Shown here piece by piece: positions 12,665 to 25,045 of a stretch of 49,714 nt of DNA (its first letter is position 1; the number at the start of each line of letters is the position of its first letter). The DNA is taken from assembly GCA_023645945.1 (NCBI GenBank), contig JALAIB010000016.1, positions 1 through 49,714 on the forward strand. The letters run 5' to 3'. A program made the position numbers and the translations under genes. The notes beneath the pieces are model-generated. The model ran no database searches. It was not told the origin of the DNA and was given only the letters and a program-made list of their open reading frames with translations. This DNA comes from Diploschistes diacapsis (Eukaryota).

Positions 12665-15315
12665 TCAACAATCAATAGCTGCTGCGTTGTCGATCTTTGA
12701 GCTCGTAAATAGGTTTGCCAACACTTTCTCCGCCCCTTTGCAGCCTTCCCGGACTGCTCTCTTCTCCCCCGAGCTCCTGACAAGATCGGATTGTTTCACC
12801 GTTTTCTTCAGAAATACTCGTAACCCGGACGCCATTGCAGGCATCTCTTTGCAAACCGTAAAAATGCTTTCGATCCTCTGCTTACTCACTTCTTTGGTAT
12901 CCTTGCTATATGTGTCGACAAAGAGCGTGACAAGGAAGACCTCGACAAAGCTTTTAATTTTGGGCTGTAGGTAAGTGAGGTTCAAGTTCTGTATCCAAAA
13001 AGATCTTCTCAGCCTTGTCTCAAGCAATATGAGATTACTCTTACCTTAAACAGTGATATGCCGAGCTTGCTATCGGCGACCAATGTGCCGAACATTCTAG
13101 CAAGGTTCACCAGTGCCCGCATGTCCAGGCGGTCTCCAAAATCATCCTCTAATTCTTTCTCATCCTCCTCCATACCTTTGAACTCATCCCAAAGACAAAA
13201 CTGAAATGCCATTCTTATTCTGTGGTCTTTACATAGTTCTCTTGATATCAACGTGTAGAAAGGATTGTAGGATTTCTCGGCACCAGCACAGCGAAGAATA
13301 ACCTTTGGAATCTCAAGTTCTTGTGCCTTCTTTAGCCGGAGCTTCAGCAACCGCTGGGTCGCATCTCTATAGTCGGTTGAAGATAGGATACTGACGAAGA
13401 TAGAACGACGAACATCGGTATTCATTCTTTGTTCTCTAGCCAGTTGCAAAAGATCTGTCGCCGCATCAAGGTCCTGCTCGTCTTCAGCTGATGTCCCTTG
13501 GATGCTAGACTTCGTCGCGATATTATTCGGAGCATTTGCGCCTCCATCACGGTAGCTAGCCCCAATAAGCCACCACCTGCCCTTCTTGTTACTGTTTTGG
13601 ATATCTCTTAACGTGATTCTAAGAGGTTCGCTAGACCTAGCGCTTCCCTGGCTGATTGAAGCCAAAACCTTCTTCATCCTAACCGTGTGTTCAGATGTGA
13701 CAGAAGAGGCGGCAAACCCGGTCTTCATGCGGTTATTCTTCAGGTTTTCTATGGTCTCGATCATGAATTTGCTTCGGACAGACAGTGCATCAAAGCCAGT
13801 CTTGGCGACTGCGCTCTGAATCAAAGCCACCGTGTCTTTTAACGATGATGGATCATCCTGTCGTAGTTGAGGCCCGGAGAGTCTAGCAATCTTCAATAGT
13901 AACTCAGTGTGCTCTTCCGATAGATCGGCAACGAATATGCGAATATAGTCGTAAATCAAACCGCTTCCAACGACTTGAAAATTATAGAGCTCAGCGAGGA
14001 ATGTGATCAGGTTTGACAATTGCTTGCCCGTCTCTCCGCCTCGAGCCTGACGAGGAGTAAATCCCTCAAAGTTCTCTGCAACTCTTTGAACGGCTTGTGC
14101 AGCAAATTCCATTCCCAACGTCCTATGTAGAGCAGCGACGAAACCGCCGTGGAGGATCATAAAAGTGTCCGATAATGGAGAAACATCGCAGATGAGACCG
14201 AAAAGGCAATCAAGAAGTAGAGAGGATACATGCTGACGTGGATTCTGGCGGTACAACCCCTGGATATCGCGAACTATCCCAAGCATATTTGCTTCTGCGA
14301 GACGGTTCAAGGTTCCCTGTATCTGCCTTTTAAGCTTTGTGAGGCTTTCCTGGTTCGAGGAATCTTGCATGCGCAGAGAAGGGGGCACATATTTGGATGC
14401 TGTATTCCCCAGAGATGTTCGTGGAGGCAGGTACGGATTCTCCCGTAGTTTAGACGCAGATACTAGAGAAGCTGTTTCATATACGTCGAAACCGCTGAAC
14501 TCATCATCTTCGCACTCCTCTGACATATCACCCTGCAAAGCGTCCCTCGGTGTGGAGCAATGTTCAAAGTTTTTTCTCTCGACGTTGGGGAATATATCAT
14601 GGCGAGTGTTCGTATCAGACCTCAGTCGAGCTTTCTTACGTTTCTCTCGTAACCAGTCATCTCCTTCGTCCCTCCTCCGTTTCTTAATTTTGTCATCCTC
14701 AGAGGCAGGGCTACCGAGAGTGCCTAGGAGATCATCGAGTCCATTCCCATCAAGGGGATTCGAATTTTTCCCGCTGCCTTTCATGCCTAGCTTCCGTTCC
14801 AACGCCTTGATGTCTGCATCATCTTCAGCGAGCCTCGTTGCTACAGCACGGGATATCCCGGGCTGTTTGGGACGAGCTTCGAGGCTTTCCTCATCAGAGG
14901 TTAGTTGCTCGCTATTCGCAATATTATCCGAAGGCTTGAAGTTATCTTGAGCATGAACAACAGGTCGCTTATCTCGCATGGTTATGGCCGTATGAGAGGT
15001 GTCAATATCTTCATCTGAATAGTCGTCATCCTCTTGTGGCGACAGCTTAGTCAATAGCTTCTCTGATGTGCCGTAGGCACCCGAAGCCCACTTCTTCTGG
15101 CTGTGGACCCGTTGAGTTCGTTTCTCTACCCGTGCTGCTGTTCTTCTCTCCTTTCTGACCGAAGGTAACCGCTTATGTCTCGGACCCGACCCCAAACCGC
15201 TGTCTTTACAGGTCAGGGGGCTCTATACCCAGCTTCAAGGAAACGCACCAGCTTGGCCAATCCTATCCAAAAGCTCCCGCGGTAGCTGGGGCCCATTCCG
15301 CAGAGGTTTCGGCAT
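12665..15315 (-). CDS. SGD1: Nucleolar MIF4G/MA3 protein Sgd1/NOM1
   Basis: Start MPKPLRNGPQLPRELLD, then KYVPPSLR, GTLNRLAEANM, SGPQLRQDDPSSLKD, RSKFMIETIENLKNNRMK, GRWWLIGAS, QRMNTDVRRSIFVSILSSTDYRDA. Introns near 15210-15249 and 12991-13044. Confidence 0.92.
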
Positions 15316-15358
15316 GACTGCCTACCCCCAGAGAGACAACTTGGTCAAAGTTCTTATA

Positions 15359-15527
15359 CGATGAGCTGCTTCGAGAAAGTGAGGAAAAATGTGGGCGGTC
15401 TTGGTGGCAGACAGGGGCACTGAGATGGTACGTAGGGCTTATCGATAAGAATCAAGATCGCCAAGCTTTCACGGCCAGCTCCACAACTCCGCGCCTACTT
15501 ATAGACTATAATATTATAATATTATAT
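15359..15527. promoter_or_regulatory. Bidirectional SGD1/SRP14 promoter: PAC-like CGATGAG, palindrome CTTATCGATAAG, AT-rich tandem TATAATAT
   Basis: Motifs seen at 15359-15365, 15438-15449 and ~15507-15527. Regulatory role is inferred. Confidence 0.4.
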
Positions 15528-15636
15528 CTAACTGGGTCTTGATGTCCAGAAGCGCCCCGTGTCACACCTGCATCCTGGATTCCTGTGAGCACGCTGTTAT
15601 GCAGCTCCACAATCTCATGGATAATAGAGTGTAGGC

Positions 15637-16150
15637 ATGGAGAAGCACCATCTTTCAGTTGACGATGTTGGTTCTATCTCAGGTAGCTGCTGCCGCGCAA
15701 CACTAAGAACCATCAGTTCTTCGTTCAGCTAGCAGACCTCTTCGACTCACGCCGCAAAGAAGATAAAGGCTCCATCTTTCTCACGCAAAAGCGACGTATG
15801 CTCTTACCCTTGAATAGTAGCCAACCACTCAACTTTCCGCAGTTTCCTCCCCTAATGCCAAGACACCGGGTGTTCCAAACCAACCCGACGACCTCTCGGA
15901 CCTGAACCTCTTGGAGCCAGTCCCGGTCCTGATACGCGCTACAAACGGCAAGTCGAAGGAGAAGCGAAAGGACAAGGTCAAGATCTCTACAGTTATCAAG
16001 CCAGCGGAACTGGAGAGGTTCTATGTGAGGTATGGCGAGGTGTGCAAGAGTGGGATGTCTGGGCTGAAGAAGCGGGATCGGAGCGGGGCCAAGGCCAAGG
16101 CTAAAGCAAAGGCAAAGAAGAGGAAAGAGGGTGAAGGGGAGAAGAAGTAA
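15637..16150 (+). CDS. SRP14: Signal recognition particle 14 kDa subunit (2 introns)
   Basis: MEKHHLSVDD|FFVQLADLFDSRRKEDKGSIFLTQKR|...PVLIRATNGKSK..KVKISTVIKPAELERFYVRYGEVCKSGMSGLKKRDRS plus a Lys-rich tail. Confidence 0.92.
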
Positions 16151-17421
16151 GGGCGACGACGCTGGTTTTGTGGAAGTATTGGCGAGCGCAGGTTATAGTG
16201 GACTTTGTGTGGAAATACCCCATAGTTTTTGCGATTTTGCAGGAAGAACCTAGCTCTAGCAATTGCCTCACCATACTGCAGTCTCGCTTGTTACGCTTTA
16301 TGGTGTGGACGCATCACGTTGAAACAGAGAGGAAAGTTTACATGAAGTCACTCTTGACAGTGCAGGAGGTCAACAGACAACGTATGAAGACGTAAAATAG
16401 TAGGCTAATATTGACTTTGGAGCCCTTTTTGATAATGGATCTCTTTCCCTACATGTTGGGGGTATAATTTCTTCGCTTGACATCTATGGCGACTTTCCCG
16501 TCGCCCAGATCGGTGAAACCACCAGAGCGTTGGTTAGCAACGCTGCAGTCACCGAATATGGGTCGGTCTGTTCATATCGTCTTTAAGCCTCTTCCTTCTT
16601 CCTTCGCTAGCAAGGGCTTTTTGCTTTTTGCAGGGTTACTCGTTATCGTAAATAACCACCGTAACCTTTCTTGTAGACTACCTTGCGTAGCGGGAGCTTC
16701 CCAAAGCGTGTGCATAGCTGGCAAGCCCACTCACGCGAAAAGACCCATATCATGGCCAACGCATAGCATCGATCTGCAACATGCCCACTTTGGGCTCCTA
16801 CAACTTCGCTTGTAGAATGGCCCCTCCGCACAACTCAGGGTATGCATGTATGACCCTTGGCATACAACTCCGTGAAGTCATTTGCCTGGGCCGGACCGTG
16901 AGCATCGACAGTAATCTCAAGCACGTTCCTACTAGCAACACCAACAAGCAGGATCTCACATCCATGCCGCCATTACCGCTCCGACCTATCCTACAAAAGA
17001 GCTTCACAATCGCCACGAACTCGGGGGTTCGGAGTGTATGGGCTTGTTTCTGGCGTGACCAAGGTAGGCGAAGTCGACTTTCTGGTGGAACCTTCACATA
17101 TCACTCAATTCCGTCACGCCAGGCACCACCATCTACCGTCGTTTCCGCAGCCTCTTTCATTGCCAGCAGTCAACCTTTCTCCATTACTACCCAGGCACAC
17201 CTCAACTATCAAATAGTATGCCCTTTGCATAACATGCATGCAGGTTTCAGTAAGATCACCCGTGAGGTTTGCAGTAAGATTTTGCTAGCGTTTTGCCCCC
17301 CAAGTTTCTCCTCCACATTAATCAAAGAAATATTCAGTGGACCCAAGATTGACCAAGGGATATTAGGAGTATCGGAAAGCGTACCAATTTTTTTTGTTGA
17401 GCGAGGCATGAACTTTTGGAA

Positions 17422-19799
17422 TCACATCATCTGCTCTTGTGACATGCCAATTGGCTCAGTACCTGGCATGCTGTCACCAGAAGCGTTGGTGTACTTAACG
17501 AAAGTCAAACCAAGGGGGCGACCACCGTACTGGTAGCCTGTGAACTTCGCTATAAGATAATTAGCACAAGGGGTAAATGCGAGAAGTTTTTGTAGTTACC
17601 GATAGCAGTTTCTGCATTATCCGCTGTGTCGAATTGTACGACGCCAGTGCCGCGGGAGCGCCCATTAGGCTCGTACTGGATTTCGGCACGCTCCACCTTG
17701 CCAATAGTGGTAAAGAGCTCAATTAGATCTTCGTTGCTTGTCGACCATGGCAACTAAGACTCTTAGCGTGAAACTAAGCAGATGCAGACATATTGACTTA
17801 CGTTGCGGACGTAAATGATCTCAGACTTATCTCCTCCAGATGTTGCAAAGTCGGTAAATTCATTCTGAGGAACTGGTTCAAAGGACGGAGGAGCACCGCC
17901 GAAGCCTCCGCCGAAGCCGCCACGACCTCCGCTGAAGCCACCCCCTCCACCACCATATGCACCGCGCGCAGCGAGTCCGCCTCTTCCGCCGAAGCTGCCA
18001 CGGTCTCCATACCCACCTCTAAAGCCTCCGTAGCCGCCACGGCCGCCGCCAACCGGGCCAGCAAAACGATCCTCGCGAACCTCGAGAGTGCGACCCTCCC
18101 AATTGTATCCGTTGAACTGCGCGATGGCGTTACGAGCGTCGTTTGGACTTTCAAAAGCAACTATGCCAGAACCCTTGGGACGGCCATCCGAAGCGAGGTG
18201 AACGTCAGCGCGAACGACATTACCTTCTTGCACTGCGGTAAAGGTTTAGTGTCGCCCTCGAACACAAGCCCAAAGTTTCCATGGGGTAACGTGCTACTTA
18301 CCTGCTTGGCGGAACAAATCCTTCAGATCTTGCCAGCCAACGGTATAAGGCAGCTGTATGAACATGTCAATCAACGTGAAATATGAGGGGGCTGTGACTG
18401 GAAAAAAACAAACATTGTTGACGAAGATCTGGCGGCCACCAGAACCGCCTCCGTGACCGCCGCTAAAGCCACCGATGGACCCACCTCGAGGCGCTGTTGC
18501 CCCGTCGTAGCCGCCACGATTGGGTGGTGCGGTGCCGGTAAAGCGAGGCTCGGCCTCTCGATCCTAGGTAAATTCGGCGTGAGTGTCCAGAAAACAGGAC
18601 TGGAAGTTTTAGGGGGTTAATAGTACCTCTCGAACGTAGACTAGGCGGCCCATTAGATTTTGGTTTGAGAGGGTGTTGACAGCGTTCTGCGCTTGGTCCC
18701 TTGTAGCATACTCGACAATCCTGCATCCGCTGTCAGACATGGAAGAAATCGGTTGGCAAACTAGCCGTACCCGCATCCCTACATTGCCAGCGGCCAAGGC
18801 CCGATCCGTCAATCCAACGTCCAACCAAAAAAAAAAGAATAGAAAAAGCCAGAAGACCAGCCAGCCTTATGCATAGAAGCCCACCTTCGACATTCCATTA
18901 GGAAGCATCAGCACATCCGCAAAAAGCACTTCTCCAGCTATCTCAAAAGATCAGCGCGTTCAACCAAGAGTATATTTATTCCAAAACACCAACCTTGTCT
19001 CATGAAATCTTTTAGGTGATGCCATTTCACGTCATAGGACAGATTGCCCACATAGACCCGGCGCTCTTGCTGCGAAGATTCTCGAACCGAAGCCATCATT
19101 TGCTCTTTAGCCTGGGCACGTTCTTCGAAACTGCGAGGTGGAAGACCACCACTCCCACGGCCGTATCCCGGTGTTCCTCCGGATGGGGCTGCTGCTCCGC
19201 TCATAGGAGAACGTGAGCGACGATCGGATCTGCGGTGATCGTCACGACTCCGTGAACGGCTTCTGGAATAAGAACGTCTGCGACGGGGGCTGCGTGATCG
19301 GCGTCTCGGGGAGCGAGACCTCTCGCGCTATAGGATGCCCGCCATCAGCCTCAAATATAACACACAACGATATGGTCAGAGAAATAGCTCAAGCTCGTTT
19401 AGGGATGACTGAACGAGACCGCGTCATCTCTAGTTGTCATGCTTGTCAACATAAAAACACTGCTGCTCTGCAGTGACCCGGAGAGACGGCTGCCGCTCGC
19501 AGGGCCGCTTTCCCCCCGAGATATCACAGTCCGTTAACCGACACCGTGAAGTGGAAGATGGTAAGATCTCATGTTAATAGAGTTTAAAATGTCTAACTCA
19601 CAGTATAGGGGCGGTATACGTCGGCTGAATCTAGGATGAAAAGCAGTAAGCTATCGGAAAGTCTTTACGAGTTTTGACAAAAGCCTCAGCGAAGACTGAT
19701 GGCTTTGAAGCAACCAATCTTTCAGAGGGGCTCGGCCAAAATAGGCTTAGCACCGCAGCTGTACATAGACCTAGGGGAAGAGGAGGGACACCAACCCAT
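17422..19799 (-). CDS. GBP2: SR-like, three-RRM mRNA-binding protein of the Gbp2/Hrb1 (SnxA) family, many exons including micro-exons
   Basis: RS repeat RERSRSPRRRSRSP. RRM1 RRVYVGNLSYDVKWHHLKDFMRQ|AGEVLFADVLMLPNGMSK|GCG|IVEY. RRM2 QIFVNN|LPYTVGWQDLKDLFRQ..KGSGIVAF. RGG linker. RRM3 IIYVRN|LPWST..RGTGVVQF..|AKFTGYQYGGRPLGLTFVKY, stop at 17424-17422. The N-terminal exons (19799-19796, 19624-19602) are my inference. Confidence 0.88.
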
Positions 19800-22700
19800 A
19801 CTGAAAGCCTTTGGGTACAGTTACCGGGAAGGTGGATGGTGCTGTTCGGATCAAGTAGAGTGAGATTTCGAAATGTGCTGCATGAACATCAACTTGACTC
19901 TCATGAAGGACAAGGGTCACTTGGGGCGAGTTTGGTGGGGGAGCGCCTGCCACTGCTTTTGTGGTGGTTACTGCGCAATGGGTAACTCGAATTTGTGGAC
20001 CAACCAGTTCAAGCAAAGTTTGAATTTTCCCTACCGTGCCTCTGTATTATGGTCATTAAGAGCACGGAGTAATTGACAAGCTGAAGTCACTGCGAGGCTA
20101 ATTGCCTACTTTTTGCCTTGTACTTGAAGAATATGATAGGCCCGTTTGCTGGAGTCCTGTTCCTAGCGTTTGCAAGTAGTTAGCACTACTATTGTGTTTC
20201 CCACCAACAGGGCAGGCAGGCAGGAGACGCAGGGGGGGGAGGGGGGTTTCCCAGGCCAGGCGGGACCCGTGAGCTTTGGTGTTGTCCGACATAAGGACGG
20301 AATGCAATCTAATTTGGGTGTGACAGCCTGCCAAAGCCATAGGGAGAGATAAAAGAATGAAGGGCGCGACGGCAAGACCACCTTTGCTCGATATAGACGT
20401 GGTACACCAGCTGTTGAAGAACGCGTCCGGCAACTCTTGAGACCAGCGAATGATCGAAGGTACAAGACTCACCAAAGAGATATCCTTGGTCTGTAACGAG
20501 AGGCTGTTAATCTGAGATGGCTATAGATTTGGAGGAGTGATGGCAGGCACTGGTGCCGGGAGGCGGGTATGCAGAGTTGTGCGAAGACGCAGTAGCTCGA
20601 GGAATCGAAGAGTAGTATGAGGGGCGTGTGGAGGGAAGGCAAGCTTTCTAGAGCGTGCCAACAAGCTTGTGAGGTAGCTAAGGTTGCAGAAGTAGTGTAG
20701 ATGGATGGATGGTGTGAGGCCGGCGGGAAGAGGCAGGAAACTTTGGACATGAAGCTTTGAGGGCTTGGCGGCCACTAACCCTTTGTGGTTGCTCATGGGC
20801 AGAAAACAGAAATCTCCGACATCCATTCATTTTGTCCACCATCTCCATTCACCAGCAAACAGGGGCTTCCCTTTACTACGCGCATTTTGGGGCACTACTC
20901 GAGGTGTCTAGCAGTTTCGGCTTGCATCAACTTGAGCCAATTAGATCCTCAAGATTTTCCAAATCCAGGCTTCTGTAATGGGAGCCAAAACTGCTTAATA
21001 CTTCCCATCTACAGACATTCAATTTTCGTCACCGAGGGCTGCCGAGTAGGGAAGAGAGGCGGCGAATAAGTGAGGTCAAGTGCTTGATTTCCAGGTGTAC
21101 GTTCAGGTATGATGTCGACTCTCTTCATGAGAATTTATTGCCTTCCTTGACCTTGGTCAACAATCTCTGTATATGTATGAAGGGTCTCGAGGAGACGTTA
21201 GTTGTTACACCGCCACATTCTGAAGTTTTTAATGACGCTCGTCAATCACTAATTTCAATTTCCAAGATCAGTATCTAAAATTTGAGCAGCTAAATAAAAG
21301 TTGCTTGAGTGTAAGGACGGACAACAAGGTCCTTCCCACGCAGCCACACACATTAGTCATGGTGTTTGCACCAGTTATGCAATAATCGGCTCCGTTCTCT
21401 ATCTTGCTCGCACGGGACACTGGTACTGGAAAACCGAGTGTTCGTGAACTGAATGAGATATCCCCACTGCGACAATAGGAATTCCTGACTCGAAATTCCG
21501 ACTATGATGGACTCGCAAATGTTTTTAAGACCAGCCCTAAGGTAACGCCGAGTGAAGATCTACGTTGCATAAAGAATCCCACCCGAACTTCTTCTCTGCT
21601 GGAACTCGATTGTTCAGAAAGTCCGGCAGGCAAGACGGGGGAGGAGTGCTACCCGCCAATCCCAATGAATCCCAGCCTGATCATCTCTAGTGACGTTTCA
21701 CGACGTATACCTTGATTCCGCAAGATTCCTTACAGCTTTTCAATTAGCGCAAAGGCAGGTGAAAGCCAGTGCATTACGTCCAGGCTCGAATCAAGTTAGT
21801 CAATCCAAGATTGCGCACAACCACAGCATATCAGGGCATTAGGCACTACACAAAGACAACAGCCGAGTATGAGCAAGTCCTCCGCTGGCCAATACTATCA
21901 CTTAATGTGGTCTATCATGCTTCTCTTTCCAAAGCGCACTCGATCCTGTCCTCGTATGCCTAATGATACCAGAGAAAGAAGTTGTGCCAGTTTTCTTGGA
22001 ACAGATAGGTAAAATCATCTAGGGGAGACCTGGGGGCATATGCTTGCACTAAAGCGAAGACATGGATTTCAAATATTTCAAAAAAGAGAAGCTGGGGTTT
22101 CGGTGCTTGAGTCATTGAACGCCATGCCGTTGCGAGAAATTACTAGTGCAAACTGGCTCATTATTGCATCCTTATCTTTCCGCAGGCTCGTGTTGGATTC
22201 GCAGGGCCTCTGTCGGGATAGCCTGATCACTTGGGGTGGCTAAAATACCGGAAAGTGGAGCCAGGGGCCAATTGTCATACGACGCCACAAGCCGGTGTCC
22301 AGTGTCAGTCATCTAGTAGAGAACAATACCTTACAAGGATAATCGGCTTCCATGCAGGAAATGATTATTGTCTTTCTAGCATGCCGTCTGACTCGGTCTG
22401 AACCCCTCACCTCCACTAAGAGACCCCTTAACCCCATTCTATGAAGGGCCGGAGCATGTCGGAACCAGCGGCTGAAGAAGCCTTCCCCAGAACGTGCAGT
22501 TCTTTACTCAAGAGAAGCCAAAATAGCTTTGCATGCGTTAGAAAGCTGTGTAACGGTGCCTGTGGAAACCGTATCATGAAGAAAGCAACATAAGAGTGCG
22601 AGATAGGGTTTCTGGAGCAGGGAGGAGATAAGAGAACAGGCTAAACTCAATTGACATGCGCGATTGCTAACTTGGCTTTGCTGGTCGCTTGGAAGTATTT

Positions 22701-23701
22701 TGTACGTCAAGGGGAGGACGATACTAAATTTGTATAGGGTACTCATCATTCTTGGTTATTACCATTCATATGTACGACGATCCAGAAATGTGTATTTCTC
22801 AGCTGAGCTAGTCTTGGTTGCTTACCCAAACCTCATAGTTTACTTCCTGCACTCTAAGGTAGAGAGCAAGACACTCGCCATGATCCTATCCCATCAGTCT
22901 CTGGAGAACCCACAGAATTTCGACAAAACCGTGAAAAAAAAGAGGCTAAAGTTCTACCCATGAACGACAAACATTTTATCATAATATGGATGATCCAGCG
23001 AGACATTATCGATGGGGCCTGATCCAACAAGGTTAGACTATACACGCAGTCGGAATAAAATGCAAAGCCACGGACGTCTTATCTCCAGATCGCATGAATA
23101 AATGACATTATAGCTAACTGCCTAAGTCATTAGCTACAAAAATCCGAGTTATCGCGTCAACACCACAGCAAGCAACCCACGTCATCGATGTCTATGCAGC
23201 CGTTAACTTACAATAAGCACGCTAGCCGAAATATGCCTGCCTCGAGCTTCCGCAGCCGTTTGGTTTTCTTAAGGCCTTGCACGCGGTAAAGGATACTATA
23301 GGACCGGATTGGCGGAGTATGACTTCCGCCGAATACACTAGAGATAGAAGCTGCTAGTAATAGATCGGTTATCACTAGCAAGAGACAGCAGCCACTATTT
23401 GCAATTGATTTGTCGGCTTATGCAAGATGAAGTCGTGAGCAAGGTCCTTGGGATTCTTTCCCAGTCGGTGCAGAATTCCCTCTTTGATAACTCGCTACCG
23501 CTCGCTCTCAAACCCTCGTAACTTGGATCTGCCCTATAGGGCTGACATATTTATGTAGAACGTAGACATCCATGTCTTCCTCCTATCCTTGGACCTCTTA
23601 ACTTGACCTTCCTTCTTCTTCACAACTTGTGTCCGCCCAGCATTGATCAATTGATCATCTGTGGACCAGCCAAGATTTTATATCGACACCCAAAGTCAAT
23701 A

Positions 23702-24940
23702 ATGAATCGGTTTAGTCTATTACGTGGTACAAAGAGCCTCGTTACCCCTATATTCATATCGCGCCATTGCACGTCGTGTATTCATACTCCGCGTATCTTA
23801 TCCCCTTCGCACCTTTATTCAAGGGATACAGTACGATCTTCATCAGCCTTCGTTACTACTTTGAACTCAGACAAACTTCGCAAGCTGAACCGTCGAAGTT
23901 ACCGCTCTCAAGACCATAACCATACACCGCCATTCCCGCCTGCAGCCACTGCCATTCTAGCATCCGCTCTTAGTCACGTCCCTGCTTACGGTTTCACCGA
24001 CACCGCTCTTTACTCTGGGGCCCGAGATGCAGGTTATCTCGAGGCGTCAATCAACCTGTTCCCCAAGGGCGCCTTTGACCTTATCTTGTATTACCTAGTG
24101 ATCCAAAGGTTAAGCTTGAGGAACTCTGTGCAATTCCCGGAAGACAAGCGACTCAGTATCGGTGCAAAAGTAAGGTCTCTAGCGCTGCATCGTTTGAGAG
24201 CCAACGATGGCGTTGTACGGCATTGGGAACAGGTGCGTTTGAGATTTTTTTTTTTCAACTTTCCTCTTCTGTGCAGGGCCATGACCTAGCACAAGCCTCT
24301 CAGCTTACCATGGGTCACGAAGGCTAGCACAAGCTTGTGCTGCGAGTCACTGACCTAGCATTGCACTATGTTGTCACTAGCGCATCCCATACGCTCCATT
24401 ACGCCGAAAGTTTGAAGAATAGAATCGCTGCGCTTCAGGGTGTGCTACTGGCGTCTAATGCACAGACGTATCCACTTCGTGCACAACCCACTCCATATTC
24501 TTTGCATATGACTCGCATTCTTTTATCGAACTAATCTTGCACTCCTCGCCCAAGGTTGCCTCACAAGGCTTCCCGAGTTCTCCTCTGCTAACTCTTGACC
24601 TTACCAGGCACTAGCAACCATGGCGCAGCCAACCTATGTTCCCCGTTCGCTCCATGAGCTCTTCCTCCTTTCCGACGAGATCTGGCATTTGGCCGGTGAC
24701 ACCTCCGTCGATTCGTCGTGGTACACCAAGCGCGCCTCGCTATCAGCGGTATACGCGAGCGCAGAGGTGTTCATGACGACTGACACTTCAGCTGAATTCG
24801 CCGAGACAGAGAGGTTTCTTGATAGAAGACTCGAAGAGTTGAAGGTTGTGGGAGGAACCCTGAGCGCCGTGGGCGAGTGGGCGGGCTTCAGCGGGAAGAC
24901 GCTTGTCAACGTGTTAAGAAGTAAAGGGGTGAGGATATAG
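23702..24940 (+). CDS. COQ9: Ubiquinone biosynthesis protein Coq9 (one 375-nt intron, 24233-24607)
   Basis: Mitochondrial presequence, ILASALSHVPAYGFT, LFPKGAFDLILYYL, WEQ|ALATMAQP..LSDEIWHLAGDTSVDSSWYTKRASLSAVYASAEVFMTTD..FLDRRL. Confidence 0.92.
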
Positions 24941-25045
24941 ATAGAGCAAAAGCTAGCACGGCGGACAATGGTCGTTGCCGGCCCGTTGCATGTACAAAAG
25001 TAATACTCCGTATATAACTTACACTTGGAAGCTTCTGATCCCACT

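Noticed and set aside
16781..17536. 251-aa plus-strand ORF
   Set aside because: No recognisable domain. It is antisense to the last exon and 3' UTR of the Gbp2/Hrb1-like gene, so probably a chance ORF.
22700..22750. ATGATGA (C-box-like) on the minus strand in the 20.8-23.6 kb intergenic region
   Set aside because: No D box (CTGA) or terminal stem at a suitable distance.
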